Source: Candidatus Bathyarchaeia archaeon
GTDB lineage: Archaea; Thermoproteota; Bathyarchaeia; Bathyarchaeales; Bathycorpusculaceae
Assembly (NCBI GenBank): GCA_049521795.1
Contig: JBEKOM010000001.1
Coordinates: 448,001-512,000, forward strand
Direction: 5' to 3'
DNA: 64,000 nt
The first letter of the stretch is position 1. Each line of letters begins with the position of its first letter. A model generated the notes under the pieces. That model searched no databases, had not been told where the DNA came from, and worked only from the letters and a program-made list of their open reading frames with translations. Below, in pieces: positions 9,675-20,317 of the stretch. A program made the translations under genes and the position numbers.

Positions 9675-11510
9675 ATGTTCGGTTGGAACGGCAAGCTCTT
9701 ACACGTAAACCTGAACAAGGCCAAAGGCGTTGCGGACAAGTATGAAGCGGGAATGGCCAAGAATTTTCTCGGAGGCAGAGGCTTCGCAGCCAAAATTCTC
9801 TGGGATGAGCTTAAACCTGGGATAGACCCTTTGTCGCCAGAAAACAAACTTGTCTTTGCAGCCGGTCCTCTGACGGGATTCACACTGCCGAGCAGTGGCA
9901 AGATGGTCGTGGCCGCGAAGAGTCCGCTAACGTGGGGCTACGGAGACGGAAACGTAGGAACCTCTGCCGCTGTTCACATGCGCAAAGCAGGTTTTGACGC
10001 TGTCGTAGTGGAGGGCAAGGCTCATGACCCTGTTGTGCTGGTTGTTCGAGACGAGTCAGCTGAGTTTCTTGACGCCAAAGACCTCTGGGGTTTGAATTCC
10101 TTCGAAACGGAGAGGAAATTGGCAGAAGTCTACGGGCGCACAGTCGGCATTCTCTGCATAGGCCAAGGTGGAGAAAACCTGGTGAAGTACGCAAACATAG
10201 TTTCTCAGGAGGGCCGGGCAGGCGGCAGACCCGGGATGGGCGCTGTCATGGGGGCTAAGAACCTTAAGGCTGTCGTGCTCATAGGCTCAAACGAGTTGTC
10301 CGCCGCCTATCCGAACGAGATGAAAGAGTTGGGGGCGGAAGCCCTGCGAGAGGTTTTAACCAAGCCTAACTATGCCTTCTGGAAACGTCAAGGCACGATG
10401 AGCACGATTGAATGGAGCCAAGAGAACAGTGTGCTGCCGACTCGCAATTACAGTGAAGCCGTTTTTCAAGAGGCAGACGCCATAGGCGGGTTTGCCATGG
10501 AGAAAATAAAAGTTTCTAATCGCGGTTGCCCGCAGTGTAACATGACGTGCGGCAACGTCGTGAAGGATTCTGACAGGAAAGAGTCCGAGCTTGACTACGA
10601 GAACGTTGCGATGCTGGGTCCAAACATCGGACTTGGCAACTTGAGAAGGGTTGCAGCGCTAAACAGAGTTGCGGACGAGTATGGTTTGGACACGATCTCT
10701 TTGGGCAACGTCCTTGGTTTTGCGATGGAAGCCTCAGAAAAAAGACTGATCACGGAGAAGGTTCCGTGGGGCATGTTCAAGACATCTAAAGCCTTGATCA
10801 AGGACATCGCTTACAGACGGGGCAGCTTGGGCAACCTCTTGGCAGACGGCGTCTATTCCGCCTCTCAGGAGATAGGTCACGGTTCAAGCCGTTGGGCTAT
10901 GCACGTGAAAGGCTTAGAGGTTTCCGGTTACGACTGCCACACCACACCTGCGATGGCGCTGTCTTACGGAACCTGTTCCATCGGGGCTCATCACAAGGAT
11001 GCATGGGTCATTTCTTGGGAAGTGAAGGCAGGCCGCACTGGCTACACTGCGGAAAAGGTTGACAAAGTGATTGAGCTTCAACGCGTCCGCGGCGGAGTGT
11101 TTGAGTGTTTAACCGTCTGCAGGCTTCCATGGATCGAATTGGGCTTTGAGCTTGAATGGTACCCGAAACTGTTGCACGCGGCAACGGGCATCGAGATGCC
11201 TTGGGACGCTTTGAACCTGGTCGGCGACAGGGTTCTCAACTTGATCCGCGCCTTCTGGGTCCGCGAGTTCGGCAAGAAGTGGAATTCCGAAATGGACGTT
11301 CCACCGCCCAGGTGGTTCGAGGAGCCGTTGACAGAAGGTCCAATGAAGGGAAAGAAACTCGACAGAGCCAAGTACGATTCCATGCTGCAGATGTATTACA
11401 AGAAAAGAGGCTGGGACGAACGCGGAGTACCGCGAAAGTCAACTCTAAAGAATCTCGGACTGAAGGACATCGCACAAAATCTGCGCAACCACGTAAAATT
11501 GGCGGATTAG
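9675..11510 (+). CDS. Tungsten-type aldehyde:ferredoxin oxidoreductase (AOR/FOR family)
   Basis: LGGRG, AKSPLT, GRPGMGAVMGAKNLKAV, CPQCNMTC, LDYEN, DEYGLDTIS, HVKGLE, RGWDERGVP. Confidence 0.95.
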   Translation: MFGWNGKLLHVNLNKAKGVADKYEAGMAKNFLGGRGFAAKILWDELKPGIDPLSPENKLVFAAGPLTGFTLPSSGKMVVAAKSPLTWGYGDGNVGTSAAVHMRKAGFDAVVVEGKAHDPVVLVVRDESAEFLDAKDLWGLNSFETERKLAEVYGRTVGILCIGQGGENLVKYANIVSQEGRAGGRPGMGAVMGAKNLKAVVLIGSNELSAAYPNEMKELGAEALREVLTKPNYAFWKRQGTMSTIEWSQENSVLPTRNYSEAVFQEADAIGGFAMEKIKVSNRGCPQCNMTCGNVVKDSDRKESELDYENVAMLGPNIGLGNLRRVAALNRVADEYGLDTISLGNVLGFAMEASEKRLITEKVPWGMFKTSKALIKDIAYRRGSLGNLLADGVYSASQEIGHGSSRWAMHVKGLEVSGYDCHTTPAMALSYGTCSIGAHHKDAWVISWEVKAGRTGYTAEKVDKVIELQRVRGGVFECLTVCRLPWIELGFELEWYPKLLHAATGIEMPWDALNLVGDRVLNLIRAFWVREFGKKWNSEMDVPPPRWFEEPLTEGPMKGKKLDRAKYDSMLQMYYKKRGWDERGVPRKSTLKNLGLKDIAQNLRNHVKLAD

Positions 11511-11525
11511 AAGGGATGGTTTATC

Positions 11526-12989
11526 CTAGTATGCTATTGCAGTCCTGACGATTGAATCCGCCTTCTCACCGCAGACTACGCACTTTCCTCTGATTGTTTC
11601 TCTAGCATCCTCCGGAATACCCAGAACTCGAGCGTTGGTGATCTCTTCAAGTTTGTGTCCGCACTCCGTTTTGCCGCACCATGGGACCTCAATGATTCCG
11701 GCACGCTTGTCCAAGAGCTCCTTTGCCTCTTCCAGTTTTTCAGTGCGGTAAACCCGTTGCTTCGTGTATTGCCAGGCTCTCTGCCTCATATCAGCCGCCA
11801 TTTTCTCCCCAGTCTTGTTAAGGAGTTCTGCTAGTTCCTTTCGCTTACACGTCTGCTTTTCCAAAGTGTCGCGTCTGACAACGGTGGCTTCGCCTCTTTC
11901 AATGTCTCTTGGACCGATTTCAACCCGCAGTGGAACGCCTCTGAGTTCCCAGTCGAAGTATTTTGACCCAGGTGTTATGCCCTCTCTCAGGTCAACTTCA
12001 ACTCTGAACCTAGCTTCTTTCAGTTCTCTTGCAACGTTCAGGCACTCGTTGTTTACCACTTCTGCCTTGCCCTTGTACGGGATCGGTATGACCACTACCT
12101 GTATAGGCGCGACTTTGGGCGGCAGGATTGTTCCATGGTCGTCACCGTGCATTATCAGGACTGATGCTATTCCTCTGCCTGAGATTCCAGCGCACGTTTG
12201 CCAGACGTGTTCTCTGTCGCCGTCCTTTGTTTCGTATGAAACGTCGAAAGCCTTGGAAAAGTGTTGGCCAAGGTTATGGACCGTTCCGATCTGCAGCGTT
12301 CTGCCGTCGGGGCATATCATGTCAAACGCTGTTGTGTACTTCGCGCCTGCAAACTTGTCCCATTCTGGCCTCCTTGAGATGCAGTAGACCACGCACAGTT
12401 CATTGAAGATTTTCTTGTAGTTGTCTATCTCTTCTTGAACTTCAGCTTCTGCCTCTTCAGCCGTGGCATGCGCCGTGTGTGCTTCTTTGAAGTCGAACTC
12501 ACGCATTCTCAGGATGGGCCTCGTGGCTTTGGTTTCAAACCTGAAAACAGTGACGATCTGGTAGAGTTTCAACGGCAAGTCCGTGTAAGATCGTATCCAC
12601 AGGTGTTCCATGGGCCCGATGATCGTTTCGCTCGTAGGCCTCAGTGCTAGCCGCTGTTTCAGCTGCCTCCGTCCTCCATGCGTGATCCAGAAAACCTGTG
12701 CTTCAAACCCTTCGACGTGTTCAGCCTCCTTCTGCAGCGAGGTCTCAGGAATCAGAAGCGGAAAAAGTGCTTCCTGATGTCCCGTTAAGTCCAGCTGGTC
12801 TCGAATCACTCGGAACACGTTTTCACGTATCTTGAACCCGTAGGGAAGCCAAACTGCCAGTCCTTTGATCGGATACCTGTAATCGAAGATTTTTCCTTCA
12901 ATCAGAACGTTTCTAAACCATTTACCGAAATGCTTACTCCATTTTTCCCTTGAGACAGTCCTTTCACTAGTCTTTGCCGTTTTTGACAT
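11526..12989 (-). CDS. proS: Proline--tRNA ligase, archaeal/eukaryotic type
   Basis: LRPTSET, FRFETKATRPILRMREF, HNLGQHFSKAF, C-terminal Cys zinc site and terminal Tyr (AIAY). Confidence 0.97.
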   Translation of the reverse strand: MSKTAKTSERTVSREKWSKHFGKWFRNVLIEGKIFDYRYPIKGLAVWLPYGFKIRENVFRVIRDQLDLTGHQEALFPLLIPETSLQKEAEHVEGFEAQVFWITHGGRRQLKQRLALRPTSETIIGPMEHLWIRSYTDLPLKLYQIVTVFRFETKATRPILRMREFDFKEAHTAHATAEEAEAEVQEEIDNYKKIFNELCVVYCISRRPEWDKFAGAKYTTAFDMICPDGRTLQIGTVHNLGQHFSKAFDVSYETKDGDREHVWQTCAGISGRGIASVLIMHGDDHGTILPPKVAPIQVVVIPIPYKGKAEVVNNECLNVARELKEARFRVEVDLREGITPGSKYFDWELRGVPLRVEIGPRDIERGEATVVRRDTLEKQTCKRKELAELLNKTGEKMAADMRQRAWQYTKQRVYRTEKLEEAKELLDKRAGIIEVPWCGKTECGHKLEEITNARVLGIPEDARETIRGKCVVCGEKADSIVRTAIAY

Positions 12990-13250
12990 TTTGGTCTCTC
13001 CCTTGTCTTCTACTGCTAGAATATAATTCTACCGTGAAACCTTTCCTGAAATGGGCTGAGTCTTTCAAGAATTTAGCAATGTGGAACGCAGTCGCCCATT
13101 TCAACCACTCGCCACAACATTGCAAGAAGAAGCTATTAAACATTTTCTCGTCGGCTTCTGTCAACTCTTCGGGACTCCGACGATGGATGATTTTTCTGAG
13201 ATTATTTATACTACTTGAAATGGCATAGTAGAAGAAAAGAGAGTGATAAA

Positions 13251-13580
13251 ATGACTCTTTTCAAAGTAGAAACATACGTCATAAAACCAGAAAAGCAAGA
13301 GGAGTACAGGGCAGTCATGAAGAAATGGGCGGCATACCTCAAGAAGAACAAAGAGAAGTGTAAAGAGGTAAAATCGTGGAAACTACTCTCCCAAATGACT
13401 GGTGGCAGCACTGGTGGATATGTCGAAATGGGCGAGTTTGAGAGCCTAGCTGACTATGAGAGGTTCGTGCACAGAATCTTTCACGGGCACGAAAAATTCA
13501 TCAAGGCAATCGTGTCGGGGTTTACGACTTGTGTAGTGCCTGGCACGTATTCGATGAACATATGGAATTCTATCATGTAA
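13251..13580 (+). CDS. Hypothetical protein (NIPSNAP/dimeric alpha-beta-barrel-like)
   Basis: Clean 109-aa ORF. The YVIKPEKQEEY...GYVEMGEFESLADYE pattern resembles the ferredoxin-like NIPSNAP fold. Confidence 0.6.
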   Translation: MTLFKVETYVIKPEKQEEYRAVMKKWAAYLKKNKEKCKEVKSWKLLSQMTGGSTGGYVEMGEFESLADYERFVHRIFHGHEKFIKAIVSGFTTCVVPGTYSMNIWNSIM

Positions 13581-13750
13581 GGTACTGCAAAGCCCCGCTT
13601 GTAAGCACTCAACCTCTTGCAAATTAGAAACTCAAGCTGAAAGAACGCGCGCGGACTTTTCTTTCTCACTTTTCTCTGACAGTTGCGCAAGTGTTTTAAC
13701 TTCTTCAGCCCAAACTTCAGTGCGTTCTCAGAATGCGAGGGTGGCGCAGG

Positions 13751-14998
13751 TTGAGTTTGAAGGCGATTCTACTCGTTGCGGATGGGTTGGCTGACAGACC
13801 TTTGAGGGAGTTGGGCTGGAAAACACCGTTGGAGGCTGCCAGTAAGCCTGTGCTGGATCAGATAGCCAAGACAGGAATCTGCGGCATAATCGACCCGATC
13901 GCCCCTGGAGTCCCTCCTGGTAGCGACGTTGCTACGCTTGCGTTGCTAGGTTACGACCCTGTGAGGTTTTACTCGGGGAGAGGCGCGTTGGAAGCCGTAG
14001 GCTCAGGCGTTACAGTTTTGCCTTCAGATGTTGGTTTCAGGTGTAACTTCGCAACGGTCAACGAGACCTTTGTGGTTCTAGACAGACGTGCCGGCAGGAT
14101 TGATAATGAAGACGCTTCCAAACTCGCCGCAGGTCTTCAGAAAGTCCGGCTTCCAAAGTCGTTCAATGCCGAATTCTTGTTCAAGAACACTGTGCAGCAT
14201 CGTGCAGCCCTCGTTCTGCGCGGACCAAAACTGTCGTCCGCGATAAGTGACTCAGACCCCGAGACGGATGGAAAGAAGGTCTTGCAGATAAAACCATTGG
14301 ACAAGAGTCCAGAGGCTAAACGCACGGCCAGAATCGTGAACACGCTCATGCACGATTTTCGCGGGGTTTTGAAAGAGCACCCGGTCAACAGGCGAAGAGC
14401 CAAAGAGGGATTGTCGCAGGCAAACATGATCTTGTGCAGGGGAGCGGGCACCGTTCCGAAAATAATCCCGTTGCGTGAAGAGTTCGGCATCAAGCCTGCG
14501 TGCGTGGCGGCTGTCTCTCTGATCAAGGGCGTGTGCAAAGTTGCTGGGATGAGTCTCGTAAACGTCAAAGGGGCCACTGGCACTCCTCAGACTGATTACG
14601 CGGCTAAAGCGAAAGCGGCTGTTCGTGCCCTGAGGAAACATGATTTTGCGTTTTTGCACGTTAAGGCAGCAGACGTGGCAAGTCACGATGGGGATGTCAA
14701 GCTAAAGATCGAAGTCATAGAAGAGATTGACAGGATGCTTGGTTATGTCGTTAGCCACGTTGATGTCGACTCAACTCTCTTAGCGGTGACCGCCGATCAC
14801 ACAACGTCTCTGGTTACGCGGAACCATGAGGGCGACCCCGTTCCTATCGCAATCGCTGGGCCTTATGTTCGGCGTGACGATGTTGCCGAGTATGGTGAGA
14901 GAACGTGCGCTCGAGGAGGTTTGAACAGGATAAGGGGTGTCGATCTTATGCCTACTCTGATGAGCTATATGGGTAAGGCAAAGAAGTTCGGTGCTTAG
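13751..14998 (+). CDS. apgM: 2,3-bisphosphoglycerate-independent phosphoglycerate mutase, archaeal type
   Basis: DGLADRP, TPLEAA, PGSDVA (catalytic Ser), YSGRGALEA, DVASHDGD, VTADHTT, HEGDPVP. Confidence 0.95.
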   Translation: MSLKAILLVADGLADRPLRELGWKTPLEAASKPVLDQIAKTGICGIIDPIAPGVPPGSDVATLALLGYDPVRFYSGRGALEAVGSGVTVLPSDVGFRCNFATVNETFVVLDRRAGRIDNEDASKLAAGLQKVRLPKSFNAEFLFKNTVQHRAALVLRGPKLSSAISDSDPETDGKKVLQIKPLDKSPEAKRTARIVNTLMHDFRGVLKEHPVNRRRAKEGLSQANMILCRGAGTVPKIIPLREEFGIKPACVAAVSLIKGVCKVAGMSLVNVKGATGTPQTDYAAKAKAAVRALRKHDFAFLHVKAADVASHDGDVKLKIEVIEEIDRMLGYVVSHVDVDSTLLAVTADHTTSLVTRNHEGDPVPIAIAGPYVRRDDVAEYGERTCARGGLNRIRGVDLMPTLMSYMGKAKKFGA

Positions 14999-15046
14999 CA
15001 CACGCTTGTCTGAGCAGAATAGATACACGCGTTGCACGCTTCACGG

Positions 15047-15562
15047 TTACTTTTTCTTTTCAGATGTGGCCCCGGTCATGAGGGACTCTATGAAGCTTTC
15101 AGGGTTCTTCGGCGTTATGAGGTAGTTTCCACGCTGGGTTCTTATGAGCACGCCGTCTTTGAAGTTGGTTATGGCCACGAAAGCTCTTCCGATGTTTGGA
15201 AAATAGAAGTACCCTCCGTACCCGCTTGCTCCGAAGAGTCTGATGCCGAACGGTATCAATGTTCTTTCCGCGGACTCTACCGTTTCCAAAGGGATCTTCT
15301 TGGTCCCCCCGATTAAGATCGATGCTTTTATGACGAGTTCTTTCGGGGTCAGCGTGTAATTTGTTCTGTAAATGGAGGCGACTAGAGACACCAATATTAT
15401 CTCCACCGCGATTATGACGATTAATCCGATGATTCCTCCAATTTGAGGCGCCTGCAAGTACAGGTAGACAAAGAGAAGCCCGAGAGCAGCAACCAAGACC
15501 GTCGTTGCTACATAAAACCTAGTCAGCGGTCTTGAAACCTCGGGTCTATTAACGACACTCAT
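15047..15562 (-). CDS. Membrane protein with a bacterial PH-like domain
   Basis: Two N-terminal TM helices followed by GIRLFGASGYGGYF...YLITPKNPESF. Confidence 0.7.
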   Translation of the reverse strand: MSVVNRPEVSRPLTRFYVATTVLVAALGLLFVYLYLQAPQIGGIIGLIVIIAVEIILVSLVASIYRTNYTLTPKELVIKASILIGGTKKIPLETVESAERTLIPFGIRLFGASGYGGYFYFPNIGRAFVAITNFKDGVLIRTQRGNYLITPKNPESFIESLMTGATSEKKK

Positions 15563-15644
15563 CTCTGCTCACCATGCATGGGTTTGCGGTAGACTGAGAG
15601 GTGGCAGGTATGTAAGGCTACCCGTCCTTCAACGGTGAGCGAGT

Positions 15645-16766
15645 CTATTGAACCTGCATGAGTCTCCATTCTTTGTAGTCTGTTACGACTCTGATGTATC
15701 CTCTGAGCATCTTGTCCGTTCCAGGGTCACCAGTGTCGACCCTTAAGACTTTCCCGTTAATGTTCTGTAGCTTGCTCTTCGTTGCTGCAACGATTATTCG
15801 TTCCTTTCCAACGCGTTTCACGATTTTTGGACTTATCTGCTGATTCCCTCTGCCGAGCAGAATACCCTGATGTCCAATCGGCGAAAGAACAATCCACGCA
15901 TTTCTCCAATCCTTCACTTCCTGAAGAATTCTTCTCTCGTCGACATCCATAATCGACTTCTTGTTTTGGAAGATGTCTACCCCTAGAACCGTTTTTTCGA
16001 GGCCAAGCAGCTCTGCGAGTCGCTGGATCGTCGTTCCGGGTCCGAGAATCCACGTTGCATCGTTCGGCACTTGTTCCAAAATGAACCGCGCTATCGCCCT
16101 CTGATTGTCAGCTTCGTCGTCCGTTTCAGGGCTCACCTGCTTGCTTCCCGCTATGCGAGCTGGCAGAAAAGGCCCTTTCAAAAAGCCATGAAGCTTTACA
16201 GCAAAGACATCTCTGCGTACAGCCTTTTCATCAGAATCCACAACTTCTAGTTCAGTGATTTCAGCTCGCCCTTGAGCATACGCCAGAACAACTTCCACGG
16301 CGTCTGAGGGATTCACGGCAAAGATGCCGCTGTACATTTTGACGCCGGACGGGACGCCTAGAACTGGCACCTGACGGCAGCCTTGCATCGCGTCCAGAAT
16401 GTCCTTAGCTGTTCCGTCGCCGCCCACAAAGACTATCAAGTCAACGTTTGCTCCAGCAAGAAGGTCAACCGCGGTCTTTGTGTCTTCAGCAGTTGTCTCG
16501 CCTCCAATTTTCATCGGCAAAACTTGCACGTGGAAGTCTGCTTCTCTTGCTTCTTCTTCACCCATGATTCCGGGGCATGCTATGACCTCGACGGACTTCT
16601 CCGTAATGTTACGTTTTAGCTTCTTCAGGAATTCGGTTGCTCTAATCGGCGCAACTGGTTTAGCTCCTCTGGCTAATGCCTCTTCGAGCACATCGTCTGT
16701 TCCTTTCAAGCCCACTCTGCCACCCATGCCTGCTACTGGGTTCACGATGAAGCCTAGACGCATCAT
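15645..16766 (-). CDS. ATP-NAD kinase family protein (AcoX-like)
   Basis: VNPVAGMGGRVGLKGTD, GGDGTA, GVKMYSG, GRGNQQISP. Confidence 0.88.
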   Translation of the reverse strand: MMRLGFIVNPVAGMGGRVGLKGTDDVLEEALARGAKPVAPIRATEFLKKLKRNITEKSVEVIACPGIMGEEEAREADFHVQVLPMKIGGETTAEDTKTAVDLLAGANVDLIVFVGGDGTAKDILDAMQGCRQVPVLGVPSGVKMYSGIFAVNPSDAVEVVLAYAQGRAEITELEVVDSDEKAVRRDVFAVKLHGFLKGPFLPARIAGSKQVSPETDDEADNQRAIARFILEQVPNDATWILGPGTTIQRLAELLGLEKTVLGVDIFQNKKSIMDVDERRILQEVKDWRNAWIVLSPIGHQGILLGRGNQQISPKIVKRVGKERIIVAATKSKLQNINGKVLRVDTGDPGTDKMLRGYIRVVTDYKEWRLMQVQ

Positions 16767-16971
16767 TTATCAGTAAAACAAGATTTGCTGAGTGAGCTAT
16801 AAACCATTTTTCACAGGGTGGAAAGGTTCAAAGACAGGATTGACCGTGCGCATGGAAATCCAGAGAATCTCGCCGACGTGAAAAGTGCTTTTCAGTCTGA
16901 AAACTCTTATATTTCAAAATCCCAGACCCTTTGCTCACGGACGGAGAGGGTTTCAGGTGCAGAGCAGAAGG

Positions 16972-17934
16972 ATGAAAAAGCTTCTGGTGACCGGCGCCAC
17001 CGGCCAAATCGGTTCTGAACTGACCGTGGCTTTGCGGAAAAAATACGGCGGTGACGACGTTGTTGCTGTCGGTCACAAAAGAAAGCCGAGCGATGAACTC
17101 GTTAGTTCAGGTCCCTTCGAGTTTGTCGACGTTGGTGAGAAGAAAAGCCTTGAAAAGGCCGTGAACAAGTATGGTGTTGACACTGTTTATCATCTGGCGG
17201 CTGTTCTTTCCGCTACGGGGGAGCAGAACCCTCAGGCTGCGTGGAACCTGAACATGGGTAGTCTTTACAACGTGCTAGAAATCGCGAGGGAACAAGGCTT
17301 AACCAGGGTTTTCTGGCCGAGCTCAATCGCGGTTTTCGGACCTTCAGCTCCGCGCACGGACACTCCTCAGGAAACGGTTATGATTCCGGGGACGATGTAC
17401 GGCGTTACAAAAGTCGCCGGTGAGCTACTGTGCAACTATTACTTCGTCAAATACGGCGTGGACGTTAGAGGCGTCAGATACCCGGGCATAATAAGCAGCG
17501 AAACAGCTCCAGGCGGAGGAACAACGGATTACGCAGTGGAAATATTCTATGAGGCTCTAAAGAAGAAACGGTACACGTGCTTCGTAAGGGAAGACACGGT
17601 GTTGCCGATGATGTACATGCCGGACTGCCTCAAGTCGACAATAGACTTGATGGAAGCCGACCCTTCAAGAGTGAAGCGCCACGACAGCTACAACGTTGCT
17701 GGGATGAGCTTCTCGGCTGGCCAGCTTGCGGCCGAGATCAGAAAGCACGTTGAGGATTTCAAGTGTGACTACAAGCCCGACTTCAGGCAGAAGATCGCTG
17801 ACTCATGGCCCATGTCGATCGACGACAGCGTAGCACGCAAAGATTGGGGTTGGAAACCATCCTACGACCTAGTCAAGATGACGACGGATATGGTGCAGAG
17901 GCTGTCGAAAAGGTTCGCTGAAGGCAGGCTTTAG
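16972..17934 (+). CDS. tdh: L-threonine 3-dehydrogenase (SDR/epimerase type)
   Basis: GATGQIG, PSSIAVFG, YGVTK, PGGGTTDYAV, IADSWP. Adjacent to kbl. Confidence 0.9.
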   Translation: MKKLLVTGATGQIGSELTVALRKKYGGDDVVAVGHKRKPSDELVSSGPFEFVDVGEKKSLEKAVNKYGVDTVYHLAAVLSATGEQNPQAAWNLNMGSLYNVLEIAREQGLTRVFWPSSIAVFGPSAPRTDTPQETVMIPGTMYGVTKVAGELLCNYYFVKYGVDVRGVRYPGIISSETAPGGGTTDYAVEIFYEALKKKRYTCFVREDTVLPMMYMPDCLKSTIDLMEADPSRVKRHDSYNVAGMSFSAGQLAAEIRKHVEDFKCDYKPDFRQKIADSWPMSIDDSVARKDWGWKPSYDLVKMTTDMVQRLSKRFAEGRL

Positions 17935-17990
17935 GCTGCTAACGAGAAAGAGTTAAGAGAAGGATCCGGAAAAATAAAACGAAAAGAGGC

Positions 17991-19193
17991 ATGGTGAAAA
18001 TGCGGGATCCCACGTCGTTTCTGCGAGAAGAATACGAATCGTTGGTGAAAAGCGAGCTTGACTGGAAAATTCGTGTTCTGCAAGGCCCTAGCACGCCGTG
18101 GTGCGTTGTCGATGGCAAAAAGGTTTTGATGTTCTGTTCAAACAATTACCTGAGCCTCAGCAATCATCCGAAGCTGAAGGAAGCTGCGATAAAGGCTGTT
18201 CAAACTCATGGTGCAGGCTCTGGGTCAGTTCGGCCTATAGCTGGTACGATGGATATTCACGTTGAATTGGAGAAACGGCTTGCTAAATTCAAACATGCGG
18301 AGGCTTCGCTTGTTTATCAGACGGGCTTCGCGGCCAACGCAGGTCTCATCCCTCAGCTCGTCGGAAAAGAGGATCTGATAATAAGTGATGAGCTTAACCA
18401 TGGCAGCATCATCGACGGTGTCCGACTGGCTCACGCTGAGAGGGCTGTTTACAAGCATTCGGACCCGCAGGACCTGCGACGCGTTTTGGACGAGGCGGAG
18501 AAGCATTCTCCACCGTATAGACGAATCTTGATAATCACTGATGGGGTTTTCTCGATGGACGGTGACATCGCTCCCCTTGATAAGATAGCAGAGGCCGCCG
18601 CTGAACACGGTGCAATGGTTTACGTTGATGACGCTCACGGCGAAGGCGTGCTCGGCGAGGGCGGCAGAGGCATCGTCTCGCATTTCAAGCTTACACGAGA
18701 CTTGGTGCACGTGGAAATGGGCACTTTCTCAAAGGCTTTCGGCGTCGTCGGCGGACACGTTTCAGGTTCTAAAGACCTGTTCAACTTCGCCTACAACAAG
18801 TCGCGGACTTGGCTTCTCAGCGGGTCACACCCGCCTGCGGTTGCAGCGGCATGCATAGCCGCCGTCGATGTCTTAGAAAAAGAGCCACAGCACGTGAAAA
18901 CCCTGTGGGACCACACCACATACTTCAAGAAAGCCATGAAGGACCTGGGCTTTAACATCGGCAACAGTCAAACACCGATCACACCGATCATCGTGGGCGA
19001 AAGCGGCGTGGCAAAGAAGCTGAGCCAACGGCTCTTTGAAGAAGGAGTGTTTGCTTTGCCTATCGTGTTTCCGATGGTTGCACGGGACAAGTCTAGGATA
19101 AGAACGATAATGAACGCTGCCCTGACGAGGAACGACTTAGATTTCGCCATCAGCGCCTTCGCAAAGATCGGAAAAGAACTGCAAATAATCTAA
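17991..19193 (+). CDS. kbl: Glycine C-acetyltransferase (2-amino-3-ketobutyrate CoA ligase)
   Basis: CSNNYL, SDELNHGSIIDG, TDGVFSMDGD, VDDAHGEG, GTFSKAFG. Paired with tdh. Confidence 0.9.
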   Translation: MVKMRDPTSFLREEYESLVKSELDWKIRVLQGPSTPWCVVDGKKVLMFCSNNYLSLSNHPKLKEAAIKAVQTHGAGSGSVRPIAGTMDIHVELEKRLAKFKHAEASLVYQTGFAANAGLIPQLVGKEDLIISDELNHGSIIDGVRLAHAERAVYKHSDPQDLRRVLDEAEKHSPPYRRILIITDGVFSMDGDIAPLDKIAEAAAEHGAMVYVDDAHGEGVLGEGGRGIVSHFKLTRDLVHVEMGTFSKAFGVVGGHVSGSKDLFNFAYNKSRTWLLSGSHPPAVAAACIAAVDVLEKEPQHVKTLWDHTTYFKKAMKDLGFNIGNSQTPITPIIVGESGVAKKLSQRLFEEGVFALPIVFPMVARDKSRIRTIMNAALTRNDLDFAISAFAKIGKELQII

Positions 19194-19250
19194 GCCTGTT
19201 CATTTCTATTCGTTTTTGTCAATCGTTCTTGGGTGCTGAGTGAGACAGTG

Positions 19251-19858
19251 ATGGATGTTAGAACAGCCAAGAGGCTTCTTCGAGAGGAAATGTGGAGAAG
19301 ACTTGAAGCTGAAGGTGTTGCAAGGTTTCCACTGCCATGCTTTGGACACGTGCCAAACTTTGAAGGTTCAGACAAGGCTGCACAGAATGCTAGGCTTCTA
19401 TCAGAGTGGAAAGAAGCGAAGGTTGTGTTTGTCAACCCGGATTTTGCTCAACAGAAGGTCAGAGAGTACGCGCTTTTGGATGGTAAGTTGCTTGTCATGG
19501 CTTCTCCGAAGCTGAAGCACGGCTACATTGTGGTTGATCCAGCGAAGGTCAGAGGCTCAGAGAGTCATGCTTCCACCATAAGAGGAGCATTCAGTCTCGG
19601 AAAAATCGTAGGTCTTCAAGAGATGCCCAAGTTGAATTTGATTGTCGAGGGTTCGGTTGCTGTTGACTTGAAGGGAAATAGGCTTGGCAAGGGTGGCGGA
19701 TACGGCGACGTGGAGATTCGAAGTTTGCGGGCAAAATTTGATTCTATACCTGTCATAACGAGCCTTCATGACTCGCAAGTCGTCGAAAATGTTCCGTTTG
19801 AAGAGAAGACGAGAGAGTGTCGATAATCGTCACACCTACAAGGGTCATTTATGTTTGA
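19251..19858 (+). CDS. 5-formyltetrahydrofolate cyclo-ligase family protein with an apparent 1-nt frameshift near the 3' end
   Basis: PNFEGS, GSVAVD and RLGKGGGYGD are present. The frame stops at 19826, but the family C-terminal motif DERVSIIVTPTRVI continues in the -1 frame to TGA at 19856-19858. Confidence 0.85.
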
Positions 19859-19867
19859 CGGATGAAC

Positions 19868-19888
19868 TACCATCACGTGACGGCATAA
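19868..19888. promoter_or_regulatory. Putative palindromic operator, copy 1 (core TCACGTGA)
   Basis: TCACGTGACGGCATAA at 19873-19888 is identical to 21860-21875. It lies upstream of the DUF3795-like gene. Confidence 0.6.
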
Positions 19889-19952
19889 CGCCTATCCCGC
19901 TTGGTTTGATTATTGAAAAGAGGATATTCGGTTAAAAGGAGGCGATAAAACG

Positions 19953-20300
19953 GTGTCTGAAATGACCGCTTATTGCGGACTCGACTGTAACGAATGCAAA
20001 GCCTTCAAAGCGACTCAAGTGAACGATTACGAACTGAAGAAGCAGATAGCCGAACGCTGGTCTGGTCAGGGTCCCGTCAAATTCAAGCCAGAAGATGTCG
20101 ATTGTCGAGGGTGCAAATCGGACGTGATTTCCGGATGGTGCCGAAAACTCTGCAAGGTAAGACCGTGCGCTGCAGAAAAGAAGGTCATTACCTGTGCCCA
20201 CTGTGACGAGTATCAATGCGACAGATTGAAGGAATTCCTGCGCGACGAGCCTGTGGCTGCAGGAAACCTTGAAAAGACTCGAAAAACTCTTCAATCCTGA
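19953..20300 (+). CDS. DUF3795-like Cys-rich metal-binding protein
   Basis: AYCGLDCNEC...CRGC...C..C..RPCA....ITCAHCDEYQC pattern. GGAGG ribosome-binding site upstream. Confidence 0.8.
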   Translation: MSEMTAYCGLDCNECKAFKATQVNDYELKKQIAERWSGQGPVKFKPEDVDCRGCKSDVISGWCRKLCKVRPCAAEKKVITCAHCDEYQCDRLKEFLRDEPVAAGNLEKTRKTLQS

Positions 20301-20317
20301 TTGCAAGGCGCAAGATA

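Noticed and set aside
13047-13103. 10-bp inverted repeat TGAAATGGGC...GCCCATTTCA upstream of proS
   Set aside because: It is a single short stem with a long loop and no second copy, so it cannot be distinguished from chance.
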